Source: Candidatus Stercoripulliclostridium merdipullorum (GTDB lineage: Bacteria; Bacillota; Clostridia; Christensenellales; DTU072). Taken from it: a stretch of DNA of 64,000 nucleotides. The position numbers were made by a program, and so were the translations under genes. The stretch spans positions 15,604 to 79,603 of the forward strand of contig DVOH01000016.1 in the NCBI GenBank assembly GCA_018713745.1, written 5' to 3'. Under the pieces are notes generated by a model that was not told the origin of the DNA, ran no database searches, and saw only the letters and a program-made list of their open reading frames with translations. Each line of letters opens with the position of its first letter. The first letter of the stretch is position 1. This document shows positions 18,401-25,915 of the stretch, in pieces.

Positions 18401-21400
18401 TTCGGGCAATTACAACTATGCCGTCACCGTCAACAAATCGCAAGAAAATTCGGCAGACAGCGCCGACGCCTTTGTCATCGCCAAAGCGCAATACGGAAAC
18501 CTCGACAACGTGACGTTCGACGGAAAAACCGTCGTCTACGACGGAAACGCGTATACGATCACGGTTTCGGGGCTTCCGACAGACGTCAACGGTGTCGGGG
18601 TCGAACCGCAGTATTCGGTGACGAAAGACGGCAGCGCGACGGAAGACGTCTTCTTTACCAACGCGGGAACGTATGACTATGTCGCGATTTGGAACGATCT
18701 CAATTACGAGGCAGTGACGCGGGAAGCGACGCTTATCATCCAAAAGGCAACCTTCGATCTTTCCGTCGTTCGGTTCGAGGACGGCACGTTTATCTACGAC
18801 GGGCAGTATCATAGCCTTGCCCTTTCGTCGGACGAGCCCCTCCCCGATTGGATTACGGTTTCTTACAGCTCCAACAATTCCAAAAAGGATGTCGGCCCCT
18901 CCTTGGTGGTTACGCTGGAGCTTTCCCACGAAAACCCCAACTATCATGCGTTCGACGCAAGTGTCGCGCAACAACGCGCAACGCTTACCATCGCGGCGCG
19001 CCCCATCGATGTGACGATTCTGTCCGCAAGCAAGGTGTACGGCGATGTCGATCCCGCTTTCGACTGGGAGAGCGGCGAAGGCTTGGTCGAAGGGGACGAT
19101 CTGAAGATTACGGTAAGCCGCGACGATCGCGACAATCAAAACGTCGGTACTTACGTATTGAACGGGACAAGCGGCAACGGGAATTATGCCGTTACCTTCA
19201 ATTCCGATGCCGTTCTGACGATCGGGCAACGCGACCTTGTGATCGATCTCGATAGCGTTTCGAAGGTTTATCGCTATCCCGATCCCAATCCCGACCCCGA
19301 TCTGACGTTCGGGATTGCGGACGGATATCAATTATATTATGACGATACCGTTGCGCTTCTCGGCGTTACGCTCAGTCGCGCCGCGGGTGAAACGGCAGGG
19401 AGTTACGAGATCACGGCAACCCTTCCCGACGCCGGCAACTATCGCATTACGGTCGGCAGAACCGCGGTCTTGACGATTGCAAAAGCCGACGTTACGATCG
19501 GCGTCGAGGGCATCGTCAAGGACTATGTTTACACCGGGGTGTCCTTCCGCATCGAAACAGGGGCGACCCACAATAATACCGACGAGGGCGCGGTGCTGAT
19601 CTATCCCGACAAGGACTTCCTGCTGGTTGCCGATTCGGGCGAATACACCGTGTCGATTGCCGAAACCGCCAACTACAATGCCCAAAGCGTAACCTTTACC
19701 GTTACCATTGTCAGAGCCGACGTCGCGTTTGATTTCGGCGGGGTCGGGCAGTATGTTTACAACGGTTCGCTGCAGACCGTCACGGGCGTTACCCACACCA
19801 ATACCGATGCCGAAGCAACCTTAGTGTATCGCAATCATACGTTTACCGATGTTCCCGAAAACGGGATCCTGACGATCGAGGTTTCGATTGCCCAAACCGC
19901 AAACTTTAATGCGGCGAGCGCAACCTTCGACGTTACGGTCGACAAAGCGACGTATGTCATCGATATCGCCTTTGACGATCAAACCGTCCGCTATCACGGC
20001 GACGCCGTCGACCTTTTGATCGCAGGGGAGCTCCCCGAGGGCGTAACCGTCCGCTATACCGGCAACGGCAATCGCAATCAGGGCGTATATGTGGTCGTTG
20101 CCGAATTCGAGGGCGACGGACGCAACTATCATCCCATCCCCGATCGCGAAGCAACGCTGACGATTCTGCCCGCGTCGCTTTCGGTTACGATCGACGATCA
20201 GACTTCGGTTTACGGCGATGCGCTCAATACGTTGACCTATCTTGTCGAAGGAGAAATCTACAGCCAGGACGGCGTCAAGGACGATCCGATGATCGGCGTA
20301 TTCAAAGAAGACGGGCTTCGTGCGGGCGAGTACGCAATCACGGGACACGGCGGCAATGCCAACTATGACGTGACGTTTGAGAGCGCCGTTTATCGCATCA
20401 CCCCGCGGGAAGCAACGCTTACCGCCAATGAGGTGACTGCCGTTTACGGCGATCTCGACACGGCATTGACCTTTGTCGCGGACAACGTGCTGGACGGCGA
20501 TCTCGAGCGGTTTACGGGCGGGTTGCAACGCGAACCCGGCAGAAACGTAGGGAAATACGCGATCTCTTCCACACTTGCCAATCCCGACTATACGATCACG
20601 TTTGTTTCGGCAGATTATATCGTTTTGCCGCGCGAAGTGACCGTTACCCTGCGCGATCAGTCGGGCATTTCGGGCGAGGACGTTCTCAGCCAGTCGGCGT
20701 ATGACATTACCGACGGCAACGTGATCGCAGGCGATACGCTGGGGCTCCGTTTGCGGCGCGCACCCGGGACCACGCGCGGCGAGTATCCCATCACGGCGAC
20801 CTACTCCAACAAAAACTATCTTCTGGACATCATCCCTGCAATCTATTATCTGTCCGAGCGCGCGGTCATTACGTTCACTCGTCCTTCCGACTTCGTCTAT
20901 GACGGCAATCCCTTCTCGATCAGCGCGTCGATCAACAGCGACACCGCTTTGATCTTTACCGTCAACGGCGTCCGCAGCGACAACTTCTTCGATGCGCCCG
21001 GCAATTACTCCGTCCGCATTTCGGCGACGGCAACCGACGAATACGTCGAACCCATCCCCGTCAGCTTCACCTTTACGATTTTGGCGGCGGAATTGATCTT
21101 TACCGACGAGCAGGGCGGCGAAATCATCATTTCCCTCCCCGAAGGATTTATGCCCGGCACGGCGATCGAAGTCGTTCTTGCCGAGTCTTCGGTCAAAGAC
21201 GCCATTCATAAGCAGATCTCTACCGCTTACGCCATGGTCGAGGGTTACGATATCTATATCGTCGAAAACGGCGTCAAAATCCCCCTCGGAGAGTATGTTG
21301 CGTCCGATACGCTCAAAGTCCGCATCAAACTTCCCTCCGTGTTTGCCGAGGAAGAATCGGTTTGGTTTGTCGGATTCCGAGGCGGAAAAGCCGAACTCGG

Positions 21401-21572
21401 CGAACTGACCAACGAGGACGGTTATATCGTTATCGAAGGCGGCAGCTTTGACTCGGTAATCTTTGTCAGTCGGCAGGAACTGTCGACGTTTATCTATCTG
21501 TTGATCGGCGTCGTTATTCTCGTTGCCGTTGTCATGACGGCGTACTTCCTGTTCCGTCGCAAGACGATATAA
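12462..21572 (+). CDS. Giant (3036 aa) cell-surface repeat protein: N-terminal signal/anchor, GLUG-type beta-helix region, many MBG-like (YGD) repeats, C-terminal TM anchor
   Basis: Single uninterrupted ORF with SD GAGGAGAGG. The N-terminus has a hydrophobic helix (LLALGLVVLVVMTAVFAWG). It has repeated GGIVG/GGLAG motifs. There are at least 10 modules of about 75-80 aa of the form (I/V)TVTI...YGD.DP....L.GD....L.R..GE.VG.Y.I.......NY.(I/V).F..G.(L/Y)TI. The C-terminus is LLIGVVILVAVVMTAYFLFRRK. Confidence 0.85.
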   Translation: MTRFADRLFRRKMLLALGLVVLVVMTAVFAWGAAPDPAPAVQAAWSGNAASGFAGGTGTADDPYRIATAEQLAYFRNQVNGGRTFEGEYIVLTANIDLIGTSGTKQGFGTIGTPTIDYGEEYRPNGAGGNVRIATGVSGTPFQGVFDARIYEIKNLYWNGGDYRGLFGYIGEKGKVYNVTISNVELISTGSLNGTIAAVNRGLIDNCVVASGTVKSAGRAGGIVGFNYGGTVRNSINWANVSANGKSIVGNHIPGIHNVDWLGSDFGGIAGVMTSGAVIDQCANYGNVTGSAEVGADSGGTRAGGLAGLLDTSTISDSYFIGSLSNRNTNDIGGFTGSIYDGTVTNCYHQSGASKLYGWEQSTTGGTRTNNHASGSEAAGSLNNGVWKVDTARHNGYPYLINTRLFDSYAASQSDLGLLPEGSVPAGYNNTNGTPISSADDFYAFRNAENTTQNYYLTQDITVTYPKNGNNIVHYGLWYGGTFDGNGHTITFQAGTSGSWCSTMRYSRAFGGFFASTINGGTVKNLKIVVEDSYTTTDLDNTEVTSGFGVIAGDVSGATIDNVSVEVKTLKFHTECNYGGWTNRVNWYGQTSFGGLFGTANDANNNGVTIRNTSVTFTGTPEFKRKTDDGGVWSFFGGLIGNIKNTAAINIQGVRVHFQNGARYLMYRSNSGHFGGMIGETYAGGTVNISDSFYDFDGELYTENLTGGYKGKLIAAVQSGTTKLNNIYYGPGAEASKIYVPNGGEPTQKNYYEIAGFDGAGFLRADFDPQTPGMMWVTLNADGGSETLGRAGEWDWSKDWDGMILVGSQPGTYSVRMSTAQLKAFSTLNKGTGSVSNDLYTDVNLSSSLSFSGQASGIVSELRKWQTSPPEMRNYFGTWRGGIAVESGSGTVEIFDKETGEFVWATDGSQNGNYFDNDGNLVTNDKGIGHLIPGTYVARLVHPYAAVLHHGSTNRYWYDFETIPFVEFTIEPKTVTVEASASYVYGDKAAGADLGHTVWTSGGTQITAEDYTFTTSGNIAEIPFYLTFSVAAAGTSPRPAGSYPISVSTSSPIYSIGGTAGNYVVSPKPVTVTIASANKTYGDGDPTFAWSTTDTLPYGEVAKDVLGITLSRDEGEDVKDGGYAITGSSTNGNYAISWANGTLTINPKAITVTIDDKTQVYGDPEETLTCSVGGLVNGDTEGDLNIHLQRAEGRDVAKYPITGTYTNANYTVTFTDGVYTITPRPITVTIASANKTYGDGDPTFTWSTADSLPYGEVAEEVLGITLSREGGEDVKDGGYAITGSSTNGNYAISWTNGTLTIDPKAITVTIDDKTQVYGDPAVALTAQTEATLPYGDLLENIVSLTREAGDTVKEGGYAITGEGVSDNYNVTFHNNGVYTITARPVTVTLTFGGLTEEGGIYYWTYGDYGAGGFGTGTATITVSESGLVSGDGVGADFAVTQEGIAATLKNVGTYTFGIVLTGDNARNYALTKVFEGITGEGDTRDVEVRPLVLEYTTKSASFVYNEYTAEKPLPSPDAIGAKATLETELPYGDAEPEIVLVYTDDPAEIMKLSVGEYKKILMQLAEGQSNYSLSADSDLITLIIEKGTISLALDESFVTDYTYAADLSVSFGDKLTAKDEFGKPYVPQYTAKLYFDESKKWFEGTTSVGVPYVPSVDQEETFVTLTLEILVSSDSNYNDATLTVPITLRKGAFDLTGVTFENQTFIYDGTAHEMAFAGLPIAQNGETLSGSVVYPDGADRVNHTPAPIAAQLVFTVSGKEYDGITYYNYKIPDPWTATMTIDKATVDLSRYGLVLERRQQADGAVRETLTIEGSSVTVVYYAGCAFFVVPDADLPAFIEAEITGEAAATGAGAVKWDVTNRKALSYQFTVKFSLSDANGNYEISGADQRTVEVTVEQRKVTLSPRRQDTVFNGEQQIPSADLTKWRYAFEGVEGEALAAFLADFEKSGTFAARAESFTSIGTDKAVNAGIYAINGVYTPDSGNYNYAVTVNKSQENSADSADAFVIAKAQYGNLDNVTFDGKTVVYDGNAYTITVSGLPTDVNGVGVEPQYSVTKDGSATEDVFFTNAGTYDYVAIWNDLNYEAVTREATLIIQKATFDLSVVRFEDGTFIYDGQYHSLALSSDEPLPDWITVSYSSNNSKKDVGPSLVVTLELSHENPNYHAFDASVAQQRATLTIAARPIDVTILSASKVYGDVDPAFDWESGEGLVEGDDLKITVSRDDRDNQNVGTYVLNGTSGNGNYAVTFNSDAVLTIGQRDLVIDLDSVSKVYRYPDPNPDPDLTFGIADGYQLYYDDTVALLGVTLSRAAGETAGSYEITATLPDAGNYRITVGRTAVLTIAKADVTIGVEGIVKDYVYTGVSFRIETGATHNNTDEGAVLIYPDKDFLLVADSGEYTVSIAETANYNAQSVTFTVTIVRADVAFDFGGVGQYVYNGSLQTVTGVTHTNTDAEATLVYRNHTFTDVPENGILTIEVSIAQTANFNAASATFDVTVDKATYVIDIAFDDQTVRYHGDAVDLLIAGELPEGVTVRYTGNGNRNQGVYVVVAEFEGDGRNYHPIPDREATLTILPASLSVTIDDQTSVYGDALNTLTYLVEGEIYSQDGVKDDPMIGVFKEDGLRAGEYAITGHGGNANYDVTFESAVYRITPREATLTANEVTAVYGDLDTALTFVADNVLDGDLERFTGGLQREPGRNVGKYAISSTLANPDYTITFVSADYIVLPREVTVTLRDQSGISGEDVLSQSAYDITDGNVIAGDTLGLRLRRAPGTTRGEYPITATYSNKNYLLDIIPAIYYLSERAVITFTRPSDFVYDGNPFSISASINSDTALIFTVNGVRSDNFFDAPGNYSVRISATATDEYVEPIPVSFTFTILAAELIFTDEQGGEIIISLPEGFMPGTAIEVVLAESSVKDAIHKQISTAYAMVEGYDIYIVENGVKIPLGEYVASDTLKVRIKLPSVFAEEESVWFVGFRGGKAELGELTNEDGYIVIEGGSFDSVIFVSRQELSTFIYLLIGVVILVAVVMTAYFLFRRKTI
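15671..16420 (+). repeat. Tandem intragenic duplication, period 468 bp (156 codons), about 1.6 copies
   Basis: CACCGTGACGATCGCAAGCGCCAACAAAACGTACGGCGACGGCGATCCGACGTTT... occurs at 15671 and again at 16139. About 285 bp align with only scattered substitutions (by eye above 90 percent) before the copies diverge near 16420. Confidence 0.8.
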
Positions 21573-21578
21573 TCCCGT

Positions 21579-22781
21579 ATGGCGGCTAAACCCGAACTGC
21601 TTGCCCCGGCGGGCAACTTCGCAAAACTTAAGACGGCGCTTGCGTTCGGCGCAGACGCCGTCTATCTCGGAGGGAAGCGGTTTTCCCTCCGTTCTTATGC
21701 CGACAACTTCGATTTCGATACGCTCAAAGAAGCCGTAAGCGTCGCTCACGACGCGCGCAAAAAAGTGTATGTCGCCGTCAATATTTTTTGCAAGGATTCC
21801 GACTTTGCCGACCTGAAAGAAGAGCTGCCACGCTTGCATCGGGCAGGCGTCGACGCGCTGATCGTTTCAGATCCCGGCTTGATTGCCTTTGCCAAAGAAT
21901 CGGTCCCCGATCTCGCGTTGCATCTTTCGACGCAGGCAAATACCCTCAATTCGCACGCCGTGCGGTTTTGGCATCGGCAAGGGGTGGAGCGCGTCGTTCT
22001 GGCGCGGGAGCTGTCGGCGGATCAGGTCAAAGCGATCAAGGACGCCGTTCCCGAAATGGAGATCGAGTGCTTTGTGCACGGCGCGATGTGCATTTCGTAT
22101 TCGGGCAGATGCCTGTTGTCCAATTATCTTGCCCGACGCGACGCCAATCGCGGGGAATGCGTACAAGCGTGCCGATGGCACTTCCGCGTTTCGGAGGGCG
22201 ACAACGCGCTCGAACTCGAAGAGGACGCGCGCGGTACCTATCTTCTCAACAGCAAAGATCTCAATTTGATCGACCGCATCCCCGCTCTGATCGAAGCGGG
22301 GGTCGACTCCTTCAAAATCGAAGGACGGATGAAATCGGAGTATTATGTCGCAACGGTAACCGAGGCGTATCGTCGCGCAATCGACGCCGTACTCGGCGGC
22401 GGCGCTGTGCCGAAGTCGTCGGTCGAGCTTCTCGAAAACGTTACGCATCGCCCCTATACGCATGCCTATTTCGACGGCGACAACGCGGCGACCGTTTCGT
22501 ACGACGACAGCCAGCAGGGCGGGAAGGGCGTATTTGTCGCGGTCGTGCTGGGGGCGGAAGGTAAGACGGCTCTGGTCGAAATGCGCAACCGCTTCCGCGA
22601 CGGCGAAACGTTAAAGGTGCTGTCGCCGCAGTATTCCGCGGATCTTGACGTTACCGTCCGGAATCTGCGGGACGCGGAAGGCACTCCCGTAGCCGACGCC
22701 AAACTGGTACAGCAACAACTGTATTTCGACAGCGATTTGTCGCTGACGAAGGGAGATATTTTGTATCGGAGATCGGTTTGA
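21579..22781 (+). CDS. U32 family protein (peptidase U32 / prephenate-dependent hydroxylase family), short form
   Basis: 400-aa ORF starting MAAKPELLAPAGNFAKLKTALAFGADAVYLGG..., with E..VHGA.C.SYSGRC and a Cys cluster (RGECVQACRW) typical of U32. Confidence 0.85.
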   Translation: MAAKPELLAPAGNFAKLKTALAFGADAVYLGGKRFSLRSYADNFDFDTLKEAVSVAHDARKKVYVAVNIFCKDSDFADLKEELPRLHRAGVDALIVSDPGLIAFAKESVPDLALHLSTQANTLNSHAVRFWHRQGVERVVLARELSADQVKAIKDAVPEMEIECFVHGAMCISYSGRCLLSNYLARRDANRGECVQACRWHFRVSEGDNALELEEDARGTYLLNSKDLNLIDRIPALIEAGVDSFKIEGRMKSEYYVATVTEAYRRAIDAVLGGGAVPKSSVELLENVTHRPYTHAYFDGDNAATVSYDDSQQGGKGVFVAVVLGAEGKTALVEMRNRFRDGETLKVLSPQYSADLDVTVRNLRDAEGTPVADAKLVQQQLYFDSDLSLTKGDILYRRSV

Positions 22782-22793
22782 TTGCAAAATCGC

Positions 22794-22822
22794 TTGACAA
22801 CTCCGCTCAAAAGGAATATGAT
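22794..22822 (+). promoter_or_regulatory. Sigma-A type promoter of the aro operon leader
   Basis: TTGACA 22794-22799, 17 nt, TATGAT 22817-22822. The leader-peptide ATG (22829) lies 6 nt after the -10, so the predicted start of transcription is at or next to the A of the ATG. Confidence 0.5.
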
Positions 22823-22828
22823 CTTGGT

Positions 22829-22897
22829 ATGAACACCGCAAAGATTTTCGCTTACGAATATTTTTACTTTAAGGGCTTTTACTTTACGAAGTCCTGA
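22829..22897 (+). CDS. Candidate leader peptide, 22 aa, 5 Phe + 4 Tyr: MNTAKIFAYEYFYFKGFYFTKS
   Basis: Own translation: atg aac acc gca aag att ttc gct tac gaa tat ttt tac ttt aag ggc ttt tac ttt acg aag tcc tga. Nine of 22 codons are Phe or Tyr. It lies between the promoter and a terminator directly upstream of the genes that make Phe and Tyr. Confidence 0.6.
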   Translation: MNTAKIFAYEYFYFKGFYFTKS

Positions 22898-22901
22898 TTT
22901 T

Positions 22902-22953
22902 CGTGCGCGGTTATCCGAGGGTTTTCTCATTATCAACACGTTTAGCCGCCACG
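22902..22953 (+). promoter_or_regulatory. Candidate antiterminator helix of the aro leader
   Basis: 5'-CGTG(C)GCGGTTA (22902-22913) can pair with 5'-TAGCCGCCACG (22943-22953), giving 11 pairs, one bulge and one G-U. This sequesters the 5' arm of the terminator. Its 5' strand starts 5 nt after the leader stop codon. Confidence 0.45.
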
Positions 22954-22969
22954 CATTGGCGGCTTTTTT
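22944..22969 (+). terminator. Intrinsic terminator (attenuator) upstream of aroF
   Basis: AGCCGCCA (22944-22951), loop CGCAT, TGGCGGCT (22957-22964), T-run to 22969. Located 31 nt before the aroF ATG. Confidence 0.7.
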
Positions 22970-22999
22970 ATTCTACCGGCAAAAGGAGCAGTAAAGATT

Positions 23000-24019
23000 A
23001 TGATTATCGTCATCAAACAGAATCCCGACGAAAAACAACTCAACAATCTCGTCAAATGGGTCCGAAGCCTCGGTCTGGAAGTTCACATGAGCCGCGGCGA
23101 AAACACCAATATCATGGGGCTGATCGGCGATACGTCCGCCGTCGATATCGACTTGATCCGTTCCCTCGATATCGTCGAAACCGTCAAGCGGATTCAGGAG
23201 CCGTACAAAAACGCCAACCGTAAATTTCACCCGCAAGATACCGTCGTTTCGGTCGGCGGCTATCCCATCGGCGGCGGACACTTCCAATTTATGGCGGGAC
23301 CGTGTTCGGTCGAGTCCGAAGAGCAGGTGATTGCCATCGCAAAAGCCGTCAAAGAGGCTGGCGCGACCATTCTGCGCGGCGGTGCGTTCAAACCGCGGAC
23401 GTCGCCTTACGCCTTCCAAGGACTGGGCGAAAGCGGTATTCAACTTCTTCTGGAAGCCAAACGCGAAACCGGTATGCCGATCGTCACCGAATTGATGTCG
23501 GTCAGACATATCGACGCCTTCCGCGACGTCGATATGATTCAGATCGGCGCGCGCAATATGCAAAACTTCGAGCTTCTGAAGGAAGTCGGCAGAACCGACA
23601 AACCGATTTTGTTGAAGCGCGGGCTTGCCAACACCATTCAGGAGTGGCTGATGTCGGCAGAGTATATTATGAGCGAAGGCAACATGAACGTCGTGCTGTG
23701 CGAGCGCGGCATCCGAACCTTCGAGCCTTACACGCGCAACACGCTTGACCTGTCGGCGATTCCGCTCCTGCGCGATCTGACGCATCTGCCGATCATCGTC
23801 GATCCTTCGCACGCATCGGGAATTTCCAAACTCGTTGCTCCGATGTCGCTTGCCGCCGTCGGCGCGGGGACGGACGGCTTGATGATCGAAGTCCACAACA
23901 ATCCCGCCTGTGCGCTATGCGACGGACCGCAGGCGTTGACGCCCGAGCAGTTTGCCGACGTGGTCAAAAACGTCGACGTCTTACTGCCCATCGTGCATCG
24001 TGTGAGGGACGGAAAATGA
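23000..24019 (+). CDS. aroF: 3-deoxy-7-phosphoheptulonate (DAHP) synthase, type I-beta with N-terminal ACT/ferredoxin-like regulatory domain
   Basis: 339-aa ORF. An N-terminal domain of about 65 aa (MIIVIKQNPDEKQLNNLVKWV...) is followed by the KDSA-like barrel (MAGPCSVESEEQ, LRGGAFKPRTSPY, DPSHA). Confidence 0.9.
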   Translation: MIIVIKQNPDEKQLNNLVKWVRSLGLEVHMSRGENTNIMGLIGDTSAVDIDLIRSLDIVETVKRIQEPYKNANRKFHPQDTVVSVGGYPIGGGHFQFMAGPCSVESEEQVIAIAKAVKEAGATILRGGAFKPRTSPYAFQGLGESGIQLLLEAKRETGMPIVTELMSVRHIDAFRDVDMIQIGARNMQNFELLKEVGRTDKPILLKRGLANTIQEWLMSAEYIMSEGNMNVVLCERGIRTFEPYTRNTLDLSAIPLLRDLTHLPIIVDPSHASGISKLVAPMSLAAVGAGTDGLMIEVHNNPACALCDGPQALTPEQFADVVKNVDVLLPIVHRVRDGK

Positions 24020-24891
24020 AGATCGGAATCGTAGGACTCGGTCTGATCGGCGGTTCGGCGGGACGCGCTCTCTGCAAACGGACGGCGCACGAAGTCTATG
24101 CCTTTGACACCGACCCGTCGGCGATGCTGAAAGGCGAAATGCTCGAAGCCTATCATCAGCCGCTGACGGAAGAAAACGCATCCGAACTCGATCTTCTGCT
24201 GATTGCGCTGTATCCTGCCAAAACCGTTTGGGCGTTGGAGCATTACGTCCCCTTGCTGAAAGAAGGATGCATCGTCGCGGACTTTGCGGGCGTCAAGCGG
24301 AAGCCCGTTGCCGAAATGCAAAAACTTGCCGTTCGATATCCCGGAATTTATTTGATAGGAGCCCATCCGATGGCGGGCAGGGAATTCAGCGGAATTTCTC
24401 ATTCGACGCCCGGGCTGTTTGACCGGGCCACGATGCCCATTGTCAACGTCAATGCTCCGATCGACGCACTGCACCGCTTTCGTTCGGTGTGTCTGGAGAT
24501 CGGCTTTGACGGCATTGTGCCGACTTCCGCCGAAGAGCATGACCGCGTCATCGCGTATACCTCGCAGCTTGCGCATATCGTTTCGGCAGCGTATGTGGTA
24601 AACCCCATTGCCTTGCGGCATCACGGGTATTCGGCAGGCAGTTTCCGCGATATGACGCGGGTGGCAAAACTCAATCCCGGGATGTGGACCGAACTGTTTT
24701 CGGACAACCGCGACAACTTGATCGAAGCCGTCAAAATGATCGAGGACGCTTTGCGCGAATACCGTCTTGCGTTGGAAAGTGACGACAAAGACCGTCTGTT
24801 TGCCCTTCTCGATCGGGCAAACCGCACCAAGGAAGCCGTCGAAGCGGATGCAAAACGCAAAAAGCAGGAGGCAATTTATGATAACGATTGA
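24016..24891 (+). CDS. tyrA: Prephenate dehydrogenase
   Basis: ATG at 24016 overlaps the aroF stop (ATGA). MKIGIVGLGLIGGS Rossmann motif and HPMAG motif. Confidence 0.85.
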   Translation: MKIGIVGLGLIGGSAGRALCKRTAHEVYAFDTDPSAMLKGEMLEAYHQPLTEENASELDLLLIALYPAKTVWALEHYVPLLKEGCIVADFAGVKRKPVAEMQKLAVRYPGIYLIGAHPMAGREFSGISHSTPGLFDRATMPIVNVNAPIDALHRFRSVCLEIGFDGIVPTSAEEHDRVIAYTSQLAHIVSAAYVVNPIALRHHGYSAGSFRDMTRVAKLNPGMWTELFSDNRDNLIEAVKMIEDALREYRLALESDDKDRLFALLDRANRTKEAVEADAKRKKQEAIYDND

Positions 24892-25915
24892 CGTCAAGGC
24901 GTCACGCCCGTACCGCGTGGAGATCGAGTCGGGCGGACTGCGGAAAATCGGTGCCCGAATTTCCGCCCTCCACAAACTCTGCCGTGTTCTGCTGGTTGCC
25001 GACGACACCGTTGACGGGCGGTACGGCGATGTCGTGCGGCAGTCGCTCGAAGAAGCCGGATTCGATGTCGTTCGGTTTGTTTTTCGGCACGGAGAGCAAA
25101 GCAAAACGCTTGATACGTATCAACAAATTTTAGGATCGGCAGCCCGCAACCGACTGCGCCGCTCCGACTTGATGGTTGCATTGGGCGGAGGCGTAACGGG
25201 CGATCTGACGGGATTTGCCGCGGCAACGTATCTGCGCGGCGTCGATTATGTGCAGATTCCGACGACGCTGCTTGCCGCGATCGACTCTTCGGTCGGCGGA
25301 AAAACCGGAGTCGACCTGCCCGAAGGCAAAAATCTCGTCGGGGCGTTTCATCAGCCCATCGGCGTATTCTGCGACCCCGACGTGTTTCGGACTCTTCCGA
25401 CAGAAGTTTTGCGGGACGGGATCGGGGAAAGTCTGAAGTACGCCGTTTTGGACGGCGGCGTCTTGCTGGAAACGTTGGAGCAAGGCGACGTTTGCTCCGA
25501 GCGGTTTGTCGCGCTTTGCGTCGACAGTAAGCGGCGTATTGTCGAGCGCGACGAGCGGGAAGGCGGGTTAAGACGCTTACTCAATCTCGGGCATACCTAC
25601 GCCCATGCCATCGAACGTTGTTCGGGATACCGCTTAACGCACGGTTTGTGCGTGGCGCGCGGGTTGCACGAAATGATTGCGTGGTCGGAGCGCAACGGTT
25701 TGATTTCCGCCCCTTCGGCAGAACGCATCCGCGCCATTTACCGCCGCTATGATATGCCGACCGATCCGGTTTATGACAAAAAGGAGCTGATTGCCGCGAT
25801 GGCAACCGACAAAAAAACGGAAGGGGATGAGATCACTTTGATTTTGCCCTATGAAATCGGTGACTGCCGCCCCGTGCGCGTACCGCTCGGAGAATTGGAG
25901 AAATTTTTGCAATGA
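24878..25915 (+). CDS. aroB: 3-dehydroquinate synthase
   Basis: ATG at 24878 after AGGAGG. Motifs GGGVTGDLTGFAAATYLRG, PTTLLA..DSSVGGKTGV, NLGHTYAHA. Confidence 0.9.
   Translation: MITIDVKASRPYRVEIESGGLRKIGARISALHKLCRVLLVADDTVDGRYGDVVRQSLEEAGFDVVRFVFRHGEQSKTLDTYQQILGSAARNRLRRSDLMVALGGGVTGDLTGFAAATYLRGVDYVQIPTTLLAAIDSSVGGKTGVDLPEGKNLVGAFHQPIGVFCDPDVFRTLPTEVLRDGIGESLKYAVLDGGVLLETLEQGDVCSERFVALCVDSKRRIVERDEREGGLRRLLNLGHTYAHAIERCSGYRLTHGLCVARGLHEMIAWSERNGLISAPSAERIRAIYRRYDMPTDPVYDKKELIAAMATDKKTEGDEITLILPYEIGDCRPVRVPLGELEKFLQ

Noticed and set aside
15600-20700. Periodic repeats as a possible CRISPR array or mobile-element termini
   Set aside because: The repeats are in-frame protein-domain modules of about 230 bp and 468 bp within one ORF. 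They are not short direct repeats with unique spacers, and no cas, transposase or integrase genes are nearby.
12357-21839. Long minus-strand ORFs (12357..13883, 15063..16022, 16488..19331, 19821..21839) opposite the giant surface-protein gene
   Set aside because: They tile the antisense strand of one continuous, repeat-structured 3036-aa ORF. They lack starts with an SD and translate to Arg/Gly/Asp-rich sequence with no motifs. I treated them as artefacts.
22903-23223. 106-aa ORF overlapping the aro leader terminator and the aroF 5' end
   Set aside because: It is out of frame with aroF, which has clear DAHP synthase motifs. It starts inside the attenuator structure, has no SD and has a basic low-complexity translation.
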